A stretch of 64,000 nucleotides of DNA, the filler included, from Stramenopiles sp. TOSAG23-3 (lineage: Eukaryota), in the NCBI GenBank assembly GCA_900128585.1. It is 10 parts of 10 records of this genome, joined end to end, with 100 filler letters (N's around TTAATTAATTAA, not from the genome) between each part and the next. Parts side by side here need not be neighbours in the genome. Positions count along the whole stretch, not along the records: positions 44,127 to 55,008 come from LT642774.1; positions 55,109 to 56,821 come from LT645499.1; positions 56,922 to 58,634 come from LT645500.1; 7 more parts are not named here. One strand, 5' to 3'. A program made the position numbers and the translations under genes. The notes under the pieces are model-generated. The model was not told the DNA's origin and searched no databases. It saw nothing but the letters and a program-made list of their open reading frames with translations. This document shows, one piece after another, positions 47,234 to 58,734 of this stretch. How positions within the stretch are numbered: position 1 is the stretch's first letter; each line of letters opens with the position of its first letter.

Positions 47234-47273
47234 TTTAATTACACTATAAATAACAGCCAATTTTCTTGTTTTT
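47234..47273 (-). repeat. Dispersed 3'-end element copy
   Basis: TTTAATTACACTATAAATAACAGCCAATTTTCTTGTTTTT, ~50 nt after the renalase stop. Confidence 0.85.
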
Positions 47274-47323
47274 AAAAAATATGTTTTTTTTTTCTATGAT
47301 ATCATATGGGATAAAAACTTGTC

Positions 47324-48484
47324 TCACAATGACGACGATGCAACATCAGAATGGTGTCGACTGGACAACCAGCGGTTGACCATCTCTGCCGCTTCCTTTC
47401 CGCTTCGCACACAGTTTTCAAAATTGCTTCCCGCAATAGAATCTCCTGCAACAATAAGTAAAGGACCATTTTCTTCGGTATCGACATTTAGTGCGGAAAA
47501 CGATTCTGCCTCGAACCCTGCGCCTACTTCAGTCCCCGGCCGGACCTGAGAGTACTTCCAATGAATAAGTTTCGTGCCTACGGGCATCACCCCGTCTTCT
47601 GTAAGCTTTGGCAAAAATTTCCCTATTTTTGGAAGAAGCTGGTTTAAAATTTCTTCTCTGGTATCTCCCGAGTGCTTCAGTGACCATGGGACCCCGCAGT
47701 GCGCCACGACGACCGGGCCAGGACCACCCTCGCTCCCTTCCAAAAAACCGCGTTTCTTGGATTCCAGAGAAAGCCATACAAGGGCGTCGTCTTCATCCTT
47801 CCTTACATACCTAGCTACCCACGGCGCCTGTTCGATCGCAGGCCACGCATTAAAGGGGTAATATATGCCAAGTGCCCACCTACTTGAAAACTGAACCCCA
47901 TTTAGTTTTTTTCCATGGAAATCATTGTTCAAAAAGTGCCGAACATTCCCACCAATACCCAAAGCTTGCGCAGCGGGTATTGACAGAACAACGGCGTCAA
48001 ATTGTTCAATATTTTTCTCCGTGTCCGTTACTTTCCACGCCGAGTGTGTTTTGTCGATAGAAGAGACGCGCCGGTTGTACTCTACGTGCGTGTCACCAAT
48101 GAAGTGTTTGACAAGTGAAGATATTCCCCTAGGGGCAGCATAGTGAAGTTTTGAATCGTGACCGTCGCGCGTATTTTCAATATTCCCAGTCAGTTCAATC
48201 AAAAGGTTCTGCCGAAGCAAATTGTCGTAGTGGAAAGGACTTTGAGCGTCCAAGGCGTTCCCACCACCAGCGTCTACTGTAATGTATTGCGCACCAAGAT
48301 CAACGTGCATTCTCGCATCAGTGCTAGACCGAGATGTTGACATACGACCTCCAGCACCCCTCGATTTGTCCCATACAGTTATCGACAGTTCAGAGGAAGA
48401 AAGTGTCGTTCGAAGTAAAGCGGCAGTCGTCGCGCCAGAGATCCCCGCCCCCACAATCAGCAGGCGGGGGGTTGCTGCAGCCAT
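47324..48484 (-). CDS. Renalase-like FAD-dependent oxidoreductase
   Basis: IVGAGISG, WDKSRGAGGRMSTSR, DLGAQYIT, HWKYSQ and AGDS...NFENCVRSG. Confidence 0.9.
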   Translation of the reverse strand: MAAATPRLLIVGAGISGATTAALLRTTLSSSELSITVWDKSRGAGGRMSTSRSSTDARMHVDLGAQYITVDAGGGNALDAQSPFHYDNLLRQNLLIELTGNIENTRDGHDSKLHYAAPRGISSLVKHFIGDTHVEYNRRVSSIDKTHSAWKVTDTEKNIEQFDAVVLSIPAAQALGIGGNVRHFLNNDFHGKKLNGVQFSSRWALGIYYPFNAWPAIEQAPWVARYVRKDEDDALVWLSLESKKRGFLEGSEGGPGPVVVAHCGVPWSLKHSGDTREEILNQLLPKIGKFLPKLTEDGVMPVGTKLIHWKYSQVRPGTEVGAGFEAESFSALNVDTEENGPLLIVAGDSIAGSNFENCVRSGKEAAEMVNRWLSSRHHSDVASSSL

Positions 48485-48952
48485 GAGAAAAAACGCAAAC
48501 AAGAACGATATTATTACAATCAGGTTCAAAGGCAACGAATTGGTGTGCATAACTTTTTGTGGTGAGGTGTAGCTGCTCGCTGAAATTTTGCCTCTTTGCT
48601 CGGAGCGCGAAGGACCGTGCGTACGATTCGATTTGGGGTATCGACCGATAAAATAGAAGAAGAACGGAATATTATTAATAAATATAGTAGTATTATAATA
48701 TATTTTTTTTAGATATTGATGATCGTCGATTTTGTGTGTTCCTGTTGTGTTGGTGTTGTTGTTGTTCTTTTTTTCTTCTTCTCATCATCCTCTTCTTCTT
48801 TCTTCTTTTCCATCATCCATTTCTTCTTTTTTTTTGCTTCTTCGAATTCGATTCTGGATAATATCATTTAAGTCTTTCTTATCACTATATAATAAATTCC
48901 AACAATATAGACTACTATATTATACAATATTTATAAAAACTATAATCCTTAA

Positions 48953-51900
48953 TCACCGTCTTCCTCCTGCAGTTTTAGAAAGGCGGCTTAGCTTGCTCTT
49001 CTTTCCACCTGCAGGGGTATTGTTTCGAGACAAAGCCGGCATGGACATGGGCGTATTCAAGCGGTTCTGGTTAGCATTGTTTGCTGGTGTCGAGGGAAAC
49101 GAACTAGCATCGAAGGTGTTTGGCGTTCCACTTCTAGAAAACGAATCCGAACCGTACGCGGTGGACGATGCGGCCGTCGAGCCCCGAGACTTGAGGCCGG
49201 GGAACCGAGACTTTGCTAAACCTGTGCTTCCGCGTGTATTCGACCTTTTCCCCTTTCCCCTGCTTTTGCCACCATGCCTTCGCATGCACACTTCTGTTTC
49301 GTGCAACTCCCTGTCCTTTTCTCGCATTTCAACCCCGCAGCCTAGAGAACAATTTACGATTCGCATGGGGCACGAATGCTTTTCGTGCGTTTTAGCCTTC
49401 CCTCTTATGACCAACGTGCCACATCCGAAGCTGCAGTACATTTGCGCCTTTTTACATTCCGTGTGGACATGCTTTGCAACCTCGTCTGCAAACATCTTTC
49501 TGGGGCACCGAGGACACTGCACTTCTCGTTTTGCGCAGTCGTTTGCTTTGTGGTTGGGAAGCTCGTTCAGTGGAAGCTGTAGTCCGCAGCCGTTCCCACA
49601 GTTGACGGGCCGGAAAGCACAATCATGCTCTTCGTGCTGAACTTTGTCGGATACAGTCATTTCCAAGCCACATCCTAGGGAACATGTATAAGACTTCTTC
49701 GTGCACTCTTGTTCTACGTGCTTTATGACGTTGCAGAATGACACTTCGTATCCACAAGCAAGCGGGCATGCAACGGGGCGGTAATCACAGTCGTGCTTTA
49801 TGTGATGGCTCATTTTTGACAACCTTAACCTCTCTCCACATTTATTTTTGCAGTCTACAACCCGTTGTATACAATTGACCCCTTCGTGTGTCGGGCGCTC
49901 TTGAAACTGCATCTTTTTCCCGCAATGCAGCCGGCACATTACCTCTCTAAACAAACAATGGTCTTCCGTGTGCTCTTTTAAATCCCTCCACATCATTTCT
50001 TTGCCACAACCAAGGTTGCAGCGAACTATGCGAAGATGGCATTCCATGAGGCAGTGTTTGTTTTGGTCCTTGTATTTGAGGGACAACCCGCACCCCAACT
50101 TGCACAACACCTGACGGTGCTTACAGTCGACATGCATGTGTCGCTCTAATTCTTGGAACTCCATTTTTTTTCCACAATGAAGCTTGCACTTAATTACTCG
50201 CCGACGGCAGTGCTTTTTCACATGCTTCACCATTTCATCCTCTGAAATCATCAATTTACATCGCAGAATGCAAGGGAGTAACCGCTTTTTACATTCGTGG
50301 CGCTGGTGCTGCTCTAAATCTTGCGCCCAAATATGCTCGGTTCCACACTTCTGCGGGCATTCTACTTCACGTTTCGGACACTCCTCAATTTCATGGGCAG
50401 GAATTTCTTCTTTGGGCAACTTTTTGCCACAGCCAAGTCCGCATGTGTACAAAATAATAGCCTTGCCTTTGTTCGCTCGGGCCAGGCCATAATTCCCAGA
50501 TCTTGCATTATAAATGTTTCTGGCAACCCCCGTAAAATTATTTGCAAGCGCCCAGTCAATAGCATTCTTACCAGACTTGTCCTCTTGGAATGGGTCTGCC
50601 CCCCGCTCAATAAGTAGCCGCACAGCGTCATTTTGGCCGTTCATGGCAGCATGCAACAGAGCCGTTTTACCATCTCTGGCAACCCGGTTGATTTCGGAGG
50701 CCCTGTCCAACAGCACCTCGATTGTTCGGACGCGACCATTTTTTGCTGCCCAGGAAAGCGCCGTATACCCTTGCTTGGTTTCATGGTCTATGTTTGGCCT
50801 TCGCTCTTCCCTGTCCAGCAAGAGCTCGACTGCCGGAGTCACAGTGCCGTCTTGGTTTACCGATGTTATTTCGCATGCTGCTGCCATTGTTAAGGGAGTG
50901 TGACCAAAACTATTTTCAAAGTCGCACGACGCACCTTCTCGAATAAGGCGGTCGACTTCGTTGAAGTTGCAGTCGTTTACAGCTCTGCCGCATTGCTCGT
51001 CCAGCTTCTTTAGGGTCTCGATTTCGTTTTTTGCGAGGAGCCAAGATTCCCGATGTTCAATCCATTCCTTTATTGCTTCGTCATTTCGGCGCTGGATTTT
51101 CTCCACGTATTCAAGCGTATATGTCCACCGGTTCCGAATGATCCATCCCCTTCCATCTTGCCAATGGTCGTGCCCGTGGTTCTTTTTACCAAGCTTTGCA
51201 CATTCATAAGCATTTAATGGCGTCTCCAGATGGTAAACGATTGGTCCATATTTTGGAATCTGGGCTTCCGTGGCCGTGCCACTATCCAAAACAAACGCTG
51301 GAAACAGGTGAGGCGGGGGGGCTGTGGGGTAAAGCCCAGTTTTTCTTGACAGGTTTGACCCTCTTCGAACCAGGCTTTGCACCGTTTCTAGGTGGCCGTT
51401 GTAAGCGGCCTCGGTCAGCGCCGACCGCACTTGAAGCCGCACCTTTCTTATCTGGGAGACGAAATTTCGCATCTGGAACATGTGTGCAATTTCCGCCATT
51501 TTAAACTTCAATGCAACCAATTTATGCCATTTGCCTCGATTACGCTTGTACTGGACAAAACGCCACTGTGCTTGTATAAGTTTTGCTGCCAACTGAATAT
51601 GGTCGTCTTCATAGGTTACACTTGCGCCGTGGTCTATCAAAATTTCAACCATATCCGTCTTGCCGTTCATAGCAGCCCATGTCAATGCGTTGTGGCCACC
51701 CTCGCTACGGTAAGCAAGCAGCTCTGCAACGCGAAGGTGCTTGTGGGTGCTGTTCAGGGTGGTTTCTGCCTCGCTAAGTTCTAGCCTATAGTCATCTAAA
51801 ACGTTGATAATAACGTTGCATTCAGAAAACACGCGGCGATAGGCTTCGCGGGCCTGCCACAAGTTCACGTCGAGGGTCTCATATTCTACGCGCAGCTTCG

Positions 51901-54900
51901 ATTCCTTTTCCTCCTTCGGTGCAAACTCGTGCTTCAAGCTATTGTAGGTTTCTACTGTACGAATCCACTTTGACATAAAACGCATAAAGTTATACCGTGG
52001 TTCATCGTACTCATCGTCCCCTGATTCCTTCGCCTCCTCGTCGTCTTCGTCGCTACTGTTTCCTTCGTACGTATACAAGAGCAAAGGGTTACTCGTGAAA
52101 TGCTCTTTCAAATGGTTTAGCTGTTCTTCCTCCAAATCTATCTTGATTTTTCCTTTATTCCAGTAAGAACGAAAGAAATTTGCCTGCTTCATAGTTTTTG
52201 TCCCGGTTCCCCACCAATCATCTTCCATAAGATTTGTCCGGGGATTTCTCTTTCTTTTGGGTTTTATCTCTAACATAAAACACGCAGCTTTCATAATGAG
52301 AGCAAATTGTTCTGTGGGATACTTGATATCACAGGATGCCCGAATCTCGTGGTTTTTCAGTCGTTGGACTTGAAACAGCACATCGTCTATTTCTCCTTCT
52401 ATGTAATCTTTCGTCTTCTGCACTTCTTCGTGTATGATATCTGCCTCTGCCTTCATTTTAGCTATTTTCTCCTCTGTATCTGTGATTACCTTTTTCCGTT
52501 TGTTAAGTTCTGGCTGTTTGGTTTCGAGGTCTTCTTCTAGGTCTCTGATTTCTTTCATCGCGTTTGCCCGCTTTATCCGTGCTTTTTCCACCCGTATCCT
52601 CATCTTTGGAATTGCATTAAACTCGTGCTCAATGCCCTCCTTCACCATTTTGTACATTTCATCAAATCGGTCCATCAAAATATGATTTAAAAGTTGTCGG
52701 TGCCGATTTTGCATATTGGAAATGTCGGCAAGCTGTTGGTACTCGTCACTTTCGACCCCAAATTTAATGCGTGCCCAGTCCATGGCGTTTCTCCTGAACT
52801 TGTTTCTGTAGTCAATAATCGCGCCTTGTTGCGCCAAAAACAGGGCTATCTTCGTCCGGCCTTCTTTAATTGCTTCTATTAGCGGGGTATATCCTCTGGA
52901 TGTTTCTCCGTCCATGTTTGCACCTCTGACAACAAGAAGCTTGGCGGCCTTCAGCTGACCTTGGTTGCAGGCATGTACGAGGGCAGTTTGGCCTACATCT
53001 GATTCGTGGTCAATATCAACACAGTTTGTTCTAACCAGCAAATAGTCCATCAAATCCAGTTCTCCGCGGCCAGCCGCCCATATTAAAGCTGTGCTTCTAT
53101 GAGCTTCGCAAAGCTGTAACCGGCCAAGCCCGTTTTCAGTATCTCCAACCAACCACATCTTTATTTGCCTGTCGCATTCTTTCATTCTCTGCCCGCATGA
53201 TATTCTGCGGTTTGGACACAAATTTAAATGGAATTTGACTTCTTCAGACACCAACGTATCTCCACATTCAAGTGGGCACGGCACACCTCTTCTAATGCAT
53301 TCTTCTTCTTCATGATTTCTTTTGTTTTTATGGAGAACACTTAAGCCGCACCCCAGGGCGCACATAGCGTACCGATTTTCACAATGATTGTGTTCATGGT
53401 CCTCCATTAAACTCCATTTAAACTTAGCAGGACAGCCTTGAGGGCATTTAACAACGCGCTCAGGGCAATGGTAGGTAATGTGGTCGTGCATTAGCGACTC
53501 TTTCATTTGGTCGCCGCATCCGATGGAGCAAGAAATTAATCTTTCGATGCATGTGTCCTCCACGTGTTCGTCTAACTCGCACGCTTTGCACATTGTACCG
53601 CACTGCAATGGGCATGGTAACAGCCTATATGGGCAATCGTTTTCGATATGGTTTGAGCATTCTTGGGACCACATTTTTTGAATATCACAACCCAACGGAC
53701 ACTTTACTATTCGTTTGTCGCACTCGTCGTTATAATGTTTTTCCATATGGGTTATCGGGACAGACACCCCACAACCCCGACGGCACGAAATCAATCGTGC
53801 GTCGCATTCGGACTTTATGTGCTCTTCCATTTCACAATACGGTATGTATTGCAAGCATTCGCAGAATACTTTTCGATAAACGCACTCGGTTTCCTCGTGT
53901 TGCTGTAAATCTTTGCTGGCCATTGTACGCCCGCACCCTTGGGTGCATGCTACTTTCAGCATGCGGCAGTTCTCGTTCTCATGTTTCACCAGAAATCGGC
54001 CTTCCATCAATTGGCCGCATCCATTCCGGCACTTCAGCAGTCTGTGGGGACAACACGTCTCGTTGTGTTCCCGCCTTTCGTTCTCCAGCATCATTTTGCA
54101 GTGCCAGGGCCCGTTGTCGATGATGTCAAAGCGTAAGTCACACAGTTTTGCCCAAAACCTTTCTGAGTGAGTGTTGATAAACCGATGGTGGCCGTCCTCG
54201 TTTCTAAAGTGTGTGGCACGAGCAACAAACGAATAAGAATCTTTTTCTGTAAAAAAGCCTCCGGGTTCATCTACAGTTGCCAGATCGAAGTGTGGACTCG
54301 TTTTGTAAATTCGAATTCTCTTGTTTATGTATTCGTACTGGCAGTGCAGGGGGCGCTTTGGGCACTCTGCATGCTCTGCTTTGTCGCCCCCTACGCCATG
54401 CAAATGAATGTGCAGCAGTTTTGCTTTCAGCATCTTTCCGCACCCATACGTACATGGAACCAGGCGTTCTTGGCACAAATTTGTCTCGTGGTCTTCCAGA
54501 TCTTGGGCCCTAATTCCCATAGTGTTGCAACCTAAATGACATTGGACAATGCGCAACCCACATACCCACATCTCATGAATTTTGCGCCGATCCTGGGGGG
54601 CGAGATTCACTCCACAGCCCCATCTACACGGTTGAAGACAGGTCAAATTCATATGATCTTCGAGCTCTTCAAATCGGCAAACCACACCACAATTGTAACC
54701 GCAAGGTACTAAACGTTTGGGGCATTCGGTTTGTAGATGATGCACCATTTGATTAACTCGTAAATCGTGACGCCCACAATTTAAATCACACGAAACTATC
54801 CTGAACGGGCATTCGTTTTCTTCGTGGAACGGCCGGGCGTCCCACGGAAACGTTTCTCCGCAGTCATCGTGCACCCTACATGTCACAATTCGCTTTTTGC

Positions 54901-55008
54901 AGAACTTTGTTGAGTGAAAAACTAATTTTTTATGCTCCATTTTTACCGTGCAACCAAAGTAGGAGTTTGTGCACATGACAATTCTGTTTTCGCAGTGTTT
55001 CTCTTCGT
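48953..55008 (-). CDS. Giant TRAF-type zinc-finger / ankyrin / IQ protein with dynein stalk-like insert; 5' truncated
   Basis: Numerous CxxxCG..H...CxxRxVxC units at both ends; ankyrin TAL/TPL repeats; IQAQWR; frame open to the contig end. Confidence 0.88.
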
Positions 55009-55157
55009 NNNNNNNNNNNNNNNNNNNNNNNNNNNNNNNNNNNNNNNNNNNNTTAATTAATTAANNNNNNNNNNNNNNNNNNNNNNNNNNNNNNNNNNNN
55101 NNNNNNNNGGTAATAATAATAAAAAAAGAGAAGATGACGACAATACTACTATTATAA

Positions 55158-56585
55158 TTGGGGGGGGTGTTTGGTGTTGGGAAGGAGGGTCCTGCGCCCG
55201 CGGTGAGGAAACGAAAGTTAGGGGTGGGATTTTTGGACGCCGGTGGTAAAACGGGCGTGTGTGCCTCCTTGGACTGGCTCGGGGATTTTCACGTGAGCGG
55301 CGGCGACAGTCCGCTGGACGGGGGGTCGTTCGGGGGTGACGAGGAATTGGTATGGGGCCAGCTGGCGGGCGGTGACCTGGTGGGAAAGGTAGACGGCCTG
55401 GACGGGTCAATTTTCGACGACATGCTGGGGCCCCTTTCGCCTGTGGCTACGGGGAAGAGCCCAAAGCGGCAGCGAAGGGAGCGGGCGGGGAGTCTGGCCT
55501 CGATCGAGGGGACGTCGTCCGCGCTTTCGTCCGTCGACGCCCCCGCGAACAACAGCGTCCCAGACTTTCTGGACCCCCTGCTCCCCGGTGCGGCGAGCCT
55601 GGTGACGTTCACGGTCCCCTGGACGGAGGAGGAGGACGGTGTCATTCGGCACGGGGTCGCGGACAAACTGTCGTGGCCCATGATCTCCCAACAGCTGATC
55701 ACTCGGAGTAGCACACAGTGCTCGCAGCGTTGGCGAAAAGTCCTGGACCCGAGCATCAAGCGATTCGTCAAGTGGACGAAGGAGGAGGACGCGACGCTGG
55801 TCCGGCTCCACAAGGAGCACCGCACCATGTCGAACAAGAAGATGGCGGGGTTTTTGCCCGGGCGGACGCCGACGCAGTGCCACAACCGGTGGGTGGAGGT
55901 CCTGAACCCGGACATTCGCCGGGGGCCGTTCACCCAGGCGGAGGACGAACGGCTGCTCGAGCTTCGGGGGACGGGGATGGGCTGGAGCGCCATCTCGAAG
56001 GAGCCCGAGTTCTTCGGGCGGGCGAACGTGTCCCTGAAGAACCGGTGGCGGACCCTGGAGCGGCGGCGGACGTACGTGAAGAAGAAACCGCCCAAGCCCG
56101 CCGCGAGCCGAAAGGTCGTGGACCCCCGGCGGCGGCGGTGGATGCCCGAGGAGGACGCCCTCCTGCTGAAGCTGCACCAGGAGCACCCGGAATGGTCGAG
56201 CAAAGAGATCTCCTTGCACTTCCCGACCCGAACCCTGAAGCAGTGCCACAGCCGTTGGATGGAGTGCCTGAACCCGGAGATACGGCGGGGGCCGTTCTCG
56301 AAGGAGGAGGACGCCCTTCTCATGCGCCTGAGGGGCAGCGGAAAGGGGTGGGCAGACATGGTGCAGGACCCCGTTTTGAAGAATCGGAGCTACACGGCCT
56401 GCAAGAACAGGTACCGGAGCATCATGCGGGAACGAAAGCGCGAGAAAGACCGTGCGGAGAAGGGCCGCACGAGCCAACCACCCAAAGGGTCCTCCGCCTC
56501 GCTGCCCCTGTTGTTGGCGTTGCCGTCAGAACCAACGGTGGTGCCAAGTGTGAAACAAGGGCACGACGATGGCCTGCCGCATTGA
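55158..56585 (+). CDS. Myb-family protein with five repeats; 5' end uncertain
   Basis: WTEEED, WTKEED, FTQAED, WMPEED and FSKEED with QCxxRW / KNRW helices. Confidence 0.85.
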   Translation: MGGVFGVGKEGPAPAVRKRKLGVGFLDAGGKTGVCASLDWLGDFHVSGGDSPLDGGSFGGDEELVWGQLAGGDLVGKVDGLDGSIFDDMLGPLSPVATGKSPKRQRRERAGSLASIEGTSSALSSVDAPANNSVPDFLDPLLPGAASLVTFTVPWTEEEDGVIRHGVADKLSWPMISQQLITRSSTQCSQRWRKVLDPSIKRFVKWTKEEDATLVRLHKEHRTMSNKKMAGFLPGRTPTQCHNRWVEVLNPDIRRGPFTQAEDERLLELRGTGMGWSAISKEPEFFGRANVSLKNRWRTLERRRTYVKKKPPKPAASRKVVDPRRRRWMPEEDALLLKLHQEHPEWSSKEISLHFPTRTLKQCHSRWMECLNPEIRRGPFSKEEDALLMRLRGSGKGWADMVQDPVLKNRSYTACKNRYRSIMRERKREKDRAEKGRTSQPPKGSSASLPLLLALPSEPTVVPSVKQGHDDGLPH

Positions 56586-57443
56586 TCCGGGGAAGAAGAG
56601 AGAGGGAAACAGTTGAAAATTTGAAAAGGATTCAGTCGGTGTGGTGGTATTAGCAAGAGAGAGTAAATAATAAATGTGAGAAAAAATGAGTTTTTTAATT
56701 TTGTAAATTGAAGAAACTAAACTCAGCAGGGTTGTGAAACTATACGGAAATCGTTTAAGGGCAAAAAACTTTTTAATTTATATTCTCAATTTTCCAAGTC
56801 TTCCTGCCTTTTTCCATTCTTNNNNNNNNNNNNNNNNNNNNNNNNNNNNNNNNNNNNNNNNNNNNTTAATTAATTAANNNNNNNNNNNNNNNNNNNNNNN
56901 NNNNNNNNNNNNNNNNNNNNNTGCTGATTTTATGAATGAATCCTTGGCAGCTGTTATTTTTATACTTGTTAAGAACAGCAGCTGGCCAATAATGCTTTCC
57001 TCCAATCAATCCGCCCTAAAGCGTTATATATGTACTAAAATACAATTACATTTTATACATAGGCCACCAGAAGGACAATATATATGGAAAGTTAGAAAAT
57101 TACACACAACGGATGATTTCCATTCGCATTCAGTTGTCATGCACCTGGTAGCGTCGTTGACCTGGGTGTCACGTCGACATATATCACTCACTGTGAGAAG
57201 AAACTTAAACACAACTACTGCCAATGTTTTGTTTATTTATAAGTATAGTTACCAGGTATATTATATATATACGTATACTTCATTCATAATCCACCTACCA
57301 AGGTACCTACCTCACCACATATTTATATAATAAAAATACACCTTTTATTTCTTCTTCTTCTTGTTTTGTTATACTCCTCGTATATATATAGCTAATACTA
57401 GTATACTGCCCAAATAAAGGTCCAAAACAATCATCCTATTCCT

Positions 57444-58331
57444 ATGATGTGCCTATACAATATACTACGTGTCTTTTATTGCTTTATTCTTCTGTACGAC
57501 GTAGACTACTACAACTTCAGTGCATACAAACCCTTTCTGAGCGCAGGAAAAGAGGTGCGAATGACACTGTCTGGATCGGAGGGCATGGCACCCTGCTGTG
57601 CTTCCAAGCAATCGTGCCCTATGTACGATCAAAAGGAGGCGCTGGCACAGCAGCTGCTTACAATCGCAATGAAGTGGAACTTTACAGGGTATACAGGTGA
57701 CTGGGAGTGGCCTGGATCAAAGAAACCGTTCTACTGGATCGGCTGGAACGCGACTATGAATCACATTGCCGGAGTGCTCCGCCCGCACGGGATAGGTCTT
57801 GGAAATGGGGTTGTTAGTCAGTGCGAAAGCTACGACTTGTGCACGACAGGAAAGGAACATGTGCGTGATGGCGGTTCTGCAGATCCGTGTTGCTGCCCCG
57901 CATACAGAGACCAGCCATGGGCCGATGTGCTTTCAGACATGGGAATGTATTCGATTTTCACAATGAAGCCAGCTTATCACAAATGCAAACTGCCTAACCC
58001 AAACACCGACCCCGAAATTGTACAATATTGTGGTTGGGAAGGGGGCATGATGAACGTCCTCCACAGTCCACTGGCTACAGTCTATGCAAATCGTGCGCCA
58101 CAACTAGCACCAGCAGTGTGGATAGGCGATTGCTTTAAAAATGGGACTACATCCCAGGGATGGACGCACCCAAAATTGATGTCCTTTCTGAGCTTTTTGG
58201 ACCAAATAAATGTAAACCGGATCGGTTTGTGGTGCATGACCAACGATAGTGATCCCATAGGTTTTCCATGCCCCTTGGACAACTGCCCATGGATGTTGGA
58301 AGATTTGAGAACATGGAAGGGGCGGGATTAA
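57444..58331 (+). CDS. Cys-rich putative glycoside-hydrolase (GH18-like) protein
   Basis: WNFTGYTGDWE resembles the GH18 FDGxDxDWE motif; C-terminal IGLW. Confidence 0.5.
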   Translation: MMCLYNILRVFYCFILLYDVDYYNFSAYKPFLSAGKEVRMTLSGSEGMAPCCASKQSCPMYDQKEALAQQLLTIAMKWNFTGYTGDWEWPGSKKPFYWIGWNATMNHIAGVLRPHGIGLGNGVVSQCESYDLCTTGKEHVRDGGSADPCCCPAYRDQPWADVLSDMGMYSIFTMKPAYHKCKLPNPNTDPEIVQYCGWEGGMMNVLHSPLATVYANRAPQLAPAVWIGDCFKNGTTSQGWTHPKLMSFLSFLDQINVNRIGLWCMTNDSDPIGFPCPLDNCPWMLEDLRTWKGRD

Positions 58332-58734
58332 AGTAACTGTGTTGGTAAATTTTTCTTCAATTCATCAAAACCTTGATCCCAATCGAAATCCTTACTGCCT
58401 TCTTGATGATATAATTCTTCTACAGAAGAAGAACCATAGTTCACTTCTTCCTCATCTTGTGACGATTGACTCTCGCGACTTTCCAGTCATTTCTTGAGAT
58501 ATTCGCATAGAGGTTTGAGATTGTAAAGAACAGCGACTTAAAATGTAGTGAGTCCAGTCCAGTTCACAAGGCGTAAATTACGTCAATTCAGACGAAGAAA
58601 ACCTGTACTTCGAACCGAGGAGTAAAGCATTTAGNNNNNNNNNNNNNNNNNNNNNNNNNNNNNNNNNNNNNNNNNNNNTTAATTAATTAANNNNNNNNNN
58701 NNNNNNNNNNNNNNNNNNNNNNNNNNNNNNNNNN

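Noticed and set aside
55289-56653. Long antisense and alternate-frame ORFs over the Myb gene (similar ones at 11976-14124 and 41398-42806)
   Set aside because: Shadow ORFs of GC-rich coding sequence with no motifs
58330-58634. Acidic minus-strand reading with in-frame TGA (possible recoding)
   Set aside because: TGA is a normal stop in other genes here; short, at a contig edge, with no recognisable homology
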